This document shows positions 59,481 to 64,000 of a stretch of 64,000 nucleotides of DNA, one piece after another. This DNA is from the human T2T-CHM13v2.0 reference genome, Homo sapiens, in NCBI RefSeq assembly GCF_009914755.1, contig NC_060942.1; one strand, written 5' to 3'. The first letter of the stretch is position 1. Every line of letters starts with the position of its first letter. A model generated the notes under the pieces. The model saw only the letters and a list, made by a program, of their open reading frames with translations. It made no database searches and was not told where the DNA came from. Made by a program: the position numbers and the translations under genes.

Positions 59481-62329
59481 ATTTTATTATTAGAGTTTAT
59501 TTTTTTTTCAAATGTTCCTTTCTCCCATTGCTAAATGACCATGTCCAAAATAGAGTGAGCAGATTGAAAATTAGATCTAGTGCAAATTTTAAAATAAACC
59601 TATAGCTTTGTTGTTTTTAGTGTACCTGGAGTCCCAACAGGGACCTCGTGTAAGCAACTTTTGGAGCATTTATGAATGTCCTATGATGCCTAGGAGTGCA
59701 AAGTAGGGCTCAAATGCATGTTCCCATCAAATACAGGAATAAGCTCGTATGTCTTTTGCCTTCATTTGGTTATACTGGCCAGTGGAGATAATTGTTCTTA
59801 TTTTCTAAAATTAAACAATGTAGCTGAGAGCTTCAAGTGGAAATGTAAAAAGAAATAGCACTCTGGGAATCTATTTATTCAGTATATACAGCAAAACCTT
59901 CTGCTTTTATATTTACTGCTTTTATATTTGAGAAAGAGCTTACTCTCATTTTACACATGGACGAACAGATCTAGTTCAGTGGCTGTTGGCACAGGGCCTG
60001 GTGCCGAAATACTCACTGGTGACTTACAGATCCTTCATAAACGCAGATTTCTTTTCTATCTAATCTCCCAACTCTGACTCCAGAGAAGCATGGGGTTCTG
60101 CAGGTTAGAGGCATTTAATACATCCTGGTTGAATGACTTTCTTAATGAATTTTTATTATGAAAAAGACAAAAAAAAATCACAAACACAAAAACAAAACAA
60201 AAAACCGACAGGTGAAGGAGGAGAGAAAACCAAAATTACCTAGGTTTAAAAATCTCCAACATTATAAGTGTGTCAAAAAATGAGTATCAGAAATTAGAAA
60301 AACACAGATAGTATATGTTTGTGACATATAAAATAAATAACTCTTAGAAATGCAATGTGAAATAATGAGGCCCAGATGGAGAAAATACAGTACCTCCCTG
60401 TCCTCACAACAGGTCTCCCTAAGTAGCAAATTCATCAGGACTTGCCATTTTGTGTGTTCTCTGGCAAGAAAAGAAGGGCTAAAGACTAAAGGCAGGAAGA
60501 TGGTGGTACCCAGGGCAAATTTTCTATAAAAATAAACAGATCTCAGCTGGGACGACCCCCTTCCTGTCTCTTCCTCTTTTTTTCTCCTCGACTGTGACCC
60601 ACCTCCCCACCACTCATCAACACAGGGGCCAGAATTCATGAGTTCGGCTTCTCTTATTGTATTTTCCTTCTGACAAGCAGGACAACAGGCGAAGCTACTG
60701 AGGGGAAGGGTTAAAGGATTAGGAGAAATACATATTTGGGTCTTATTGCCTCTACCAAAAGCAAAGCTTCTACGGGTCTACCCAGAGACTGGGGAATTTG
60801 GGAATCTGAAGGCTAATTCCTCATCCCCAAATACAGATCACACGTAGTCCTGCCCAAGTGGAGTGAGTTCTGGACTAACAGTGAAATGGCAGAAGAATAT
60901 GAGAGACTACTGCCCCAAGCTCAGTGCCAGAAACACCTCCCATGCCTCTGCTCTCTGTGCATGGAACTCAAATACCCAACACTTCAGCTGCTGAACTGAA
61001 AAGCAAAGGTGTACATTTCAGACATGGGAAAGAGATGTCAGGGAGAGTTTAATCATACCACATTAGGACAAATAGTAAATTAAAAAGAGCATGCCCCTTA
61101 AATATAAACAAAAGTTAAAGAAACAACATGACACTTTATAGGAAGAAAGGAAGGCAGACAGGGGAGAAGAGTTCACAAAAATTAAAAAAAAAGAAACTAT
61201 ATTTAAAGTATCTTCCAATAAAACATTTTTTCTTCAATAAATGCTGTGCTTGCTAAAATAAACCATAAGAGCAGGGAAACACGTTTTCACCTCATTTGAC
61301 AACCCTAAATTATAATGATGTCACCTTATGGCAAATCTTTAATTATAAGGATTCTTTCTCAAAGGGTTCCTAAAAACAGAGCAGTCTATTGTTGCACACA
61401 TTTTCTATCCACTACAGCAATGCAGGGTGGGTGCCTTAGACATTATGCCAGCCCAACAGAATGTGGGGCCCCTCGGAAGACTGGAAGAAAAAGACTGTAT
61501 CAGAGTTTCCTTAGTGGTATAGGAGAAGGACTAGTTTGGCAATGAAGCTGCAACCTCATGATATGGTATTCATGTTGGGTTTTAGTTTAGTTTAGTTTGG
61601 TTTTACTAGTGAAATGACAATTCCTCATGGGTAGTGTTTTCTTTGGAAGATGGGACAAGGTGACCCATTGCATCACTCATACTGTATGCATCCCACGCAG
61701 ACAGCAAAGTAGTGCTGGACCTTAGATCAGCAGGAATTCTACGGCATGACTCTGCCACTCCTAAAGCAATTATTCTCCTTTTTTTTTCATTAGTATTCAG
61801 CCTAGCTGCAGATATTGCCAACGCCAAAGGTCAAATTCAAATTTCTATATATAATCTTAGAATTCAATAGGAAGTTGTACTCCTGACTGGTGCCTCCAAT
61901 GTCATGTTGGTACAGGATTTCTCACAGAAATTTTCCCCTGCCAGACTTAATTGGTGTATCCTTCTTTCCAAAACCACTTACAGGCTGAGAATATTTTCTC
62001 TCTATATATATACTTAGGAGCAGACTGGATTGGGTTTGCTTTTGTTGAGCCCTTATGTGGCATTTTCTGACTTTTTCTGGCTCCCACCTTACAATGCTTA
62101 TAGCAAAAAGACCCTTCCTTCCTTCCTTGTGAGTATGCTGCTCATGCAATCATTTTTGTTTTTTGTTTTCCCTTTTGGTATTTTCACTTTGGTGATGGAA
62201 GGAAGGTTCTATGATGCAGTATTACTTCATCTTACTCCAGAAGCTTCTGCTCAGAGCCATCATGCAATATTCAACAAAAGGACCAACCCACATTTACCAC
62301 CCCACTATTTAAAATATGTCAGTGCCTCT

Positions 62330-62830
62330 TCATCCTCTACACGACCCATCTGGCCCCTTTATTCTTCTCCAGGAATCACTTATCCTCAAACTCTACCCTC
62401 CAGCAACACTAAACTTCTTGAGTGACTGTGCACTTGTTATCCCTTGCCTCCTCTGTACCTCCCATTTTGTTGCCCCTGCAGTTGAAACATCCTTCATTTG
62501 ACACGTTTCTCTTTTCCCCTATTCTCTCAAAAGATGCTCAACATTTGGCCAGGTATTCCCTAATGATCCAGTCTTTATAATGAGCTACACCCTCCCTTCA
62601 TTCTTCTGCCCCCACGATGGGGTCTGTGCCCTCCCCTGACCTTTCTGGTACAGTCCTATCGTTGCATGTTGTATTGTTACACTTTATCCTTTTGTATTAT
62701 ACCAACTGTACTTCAGTCCCTCTCTTCCATTAGACGTTGACTCTTTGAAGCACGAATTGTAATTTTTCTGTATCAGAGCACAATGCTCAGCACATAGTAG
62801 GGAAAGAATGCACAATGATTAAATGAATGA
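62330..62830 (+). mobile_element. L2 3' end
   Basis: ...attagacgttgactctttgaagcacg...ctgtatcagagcacaatgctcagcacatagtagg...aaatgaatga. Confidence 0.65.
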
Positions 62831-63883
62831 CAATTAAAATGAGCTAAGAGGTTTACTTACTCTATGGGTTTGGCTCATATCAGACCTTTGAATCCTTCCG
62901 CCAGCAAAGGAAATAAGAATAAATAATCTATTGTGGAATCTCTGGCCACCATATTATCACCGTGATGGAGTGCCTTAAATAAATAGAAGACATTTCTCAT
63001 GGGCAGCCCTATCTAATCCACTCCCCAATAAACAGAGAATATTAGAAGTTAAAACTTTCAAGGGAAAAAACTGGTGCCAATCCCACACTTTTAGTAATAG
63101 CATTTGGTCTGTGTGGTCTATGCTTTACTGTATTTTTTCTCTCATAGTATTAAAAGTAGTCCTGAAAATTATCTTTAATTTTCTCTTCTTTCAGCCTTGA
63201 ATGGGGAAAAAAAAACATAGTAAATGAGATGAAATACAATTTTTAATATGGAAATAAAAAAGGTTTTAGCAAAGAAATTAAGGGAGAGCTTTAATTTTTA
63301 AACTCAGTTGATCATTCTACATTCAATAGATATGTTATTGCCAAACACTCTCTTTTAAAAGAAATGTCATCTAATTACATCTAACATTAAATATATCTTT
63401 TAATTGTTCAGAGTAAATAAAATGCCACTGGTAATTACAATGAGAAGTTTTATGAATGTGGTTGGATTGCTTTCCGAATTTAATTAAGCTTTGGATTCTC
63501 ATGTACTCTTTTCTCCTAATGAGTTGGAGCCTTCTCAACCATATTTCAGGGAATCTCTTGGGCAGAAACACCTTCTAAGAAATCAATGTGGAGGAAAAGG
63601 TCCAGAGGTATTTGTTTTATTTCCCTTGAAAGACTTAGCTGCACTTTTATCATATTTGTTTATTACATTTAATTTGAATGAGAGACATTCAAGAAAAATA
63701 CCATTAAAATAATTTCCAAAGATCACAACCTTTATGCAAAAGAAGAATTATAGGTGCAGCAGCTAACAATTATTCATAAATGTTTGTGCTGCTGACTTAA
63801 GATATTTTCTACAAGTGAATGGAAAAATGCAACTGGGTACAGAGTGGTTTTTAAAAGAAAAAACAAGAAATTAAATTAAGTAC

Positions 63884-64000
63884 AGCAGTAAGCAGAATAA
63901 TGGCTCCCCAGAGATAGTCACGTCCTGATTATAGAACCCGTGAATATGTTTTGTTACATGTCAAATTATGGAATTAAGTTTGCAGATGGATTAAGGTTGC
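63884..64000 (+). mobile_element. MLT1C/D-type MaLR LTR, running off the window end
   Basis: gcagaataatggctccccagagatagtcacgtcctg...gtgaatatgtt...ggaattaagtttgcagatggattaaggttgc. Confidence 0.8.

Overview
Repeat-dense primate (hominoid/human-like) intergenic or intronic DNA. I find no supportable cellular protein-coding exon, RNA gene or CRISPR. Every recognisable ORF in the track is a decayed L1 ORF1/ORF2 or ERV-L pol/dUTPase fragment, or a chance ORF in Alu, VNTR or microsatellite sequence. The main structure is a full-length L1PA3-like LINE-1 (2603-8769) nested in a 5'-truncated L1PA4-like LINE-1 (1161-9809); each has its own TSD. The two L1s share several non-consensus substitutions, including the same premature stop, which suggests gene conversion between them. 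The host L1 also carries a short 3' transduction. Also present are a solo LTR12 with a perfect CpG-dense 28-bp VNTR, an Alu with an internal inversion, two ERV-L internal remnants, many MaLR/ERV1 LTRs, Alus, MIR/L2 and hAT MITEs, and a motif-dense candidate enhancer near 18.8 kb. I do not see a new biological system. Subfamily names are from memory of consensus sequences, and the boundaries of old repeats are approximate.
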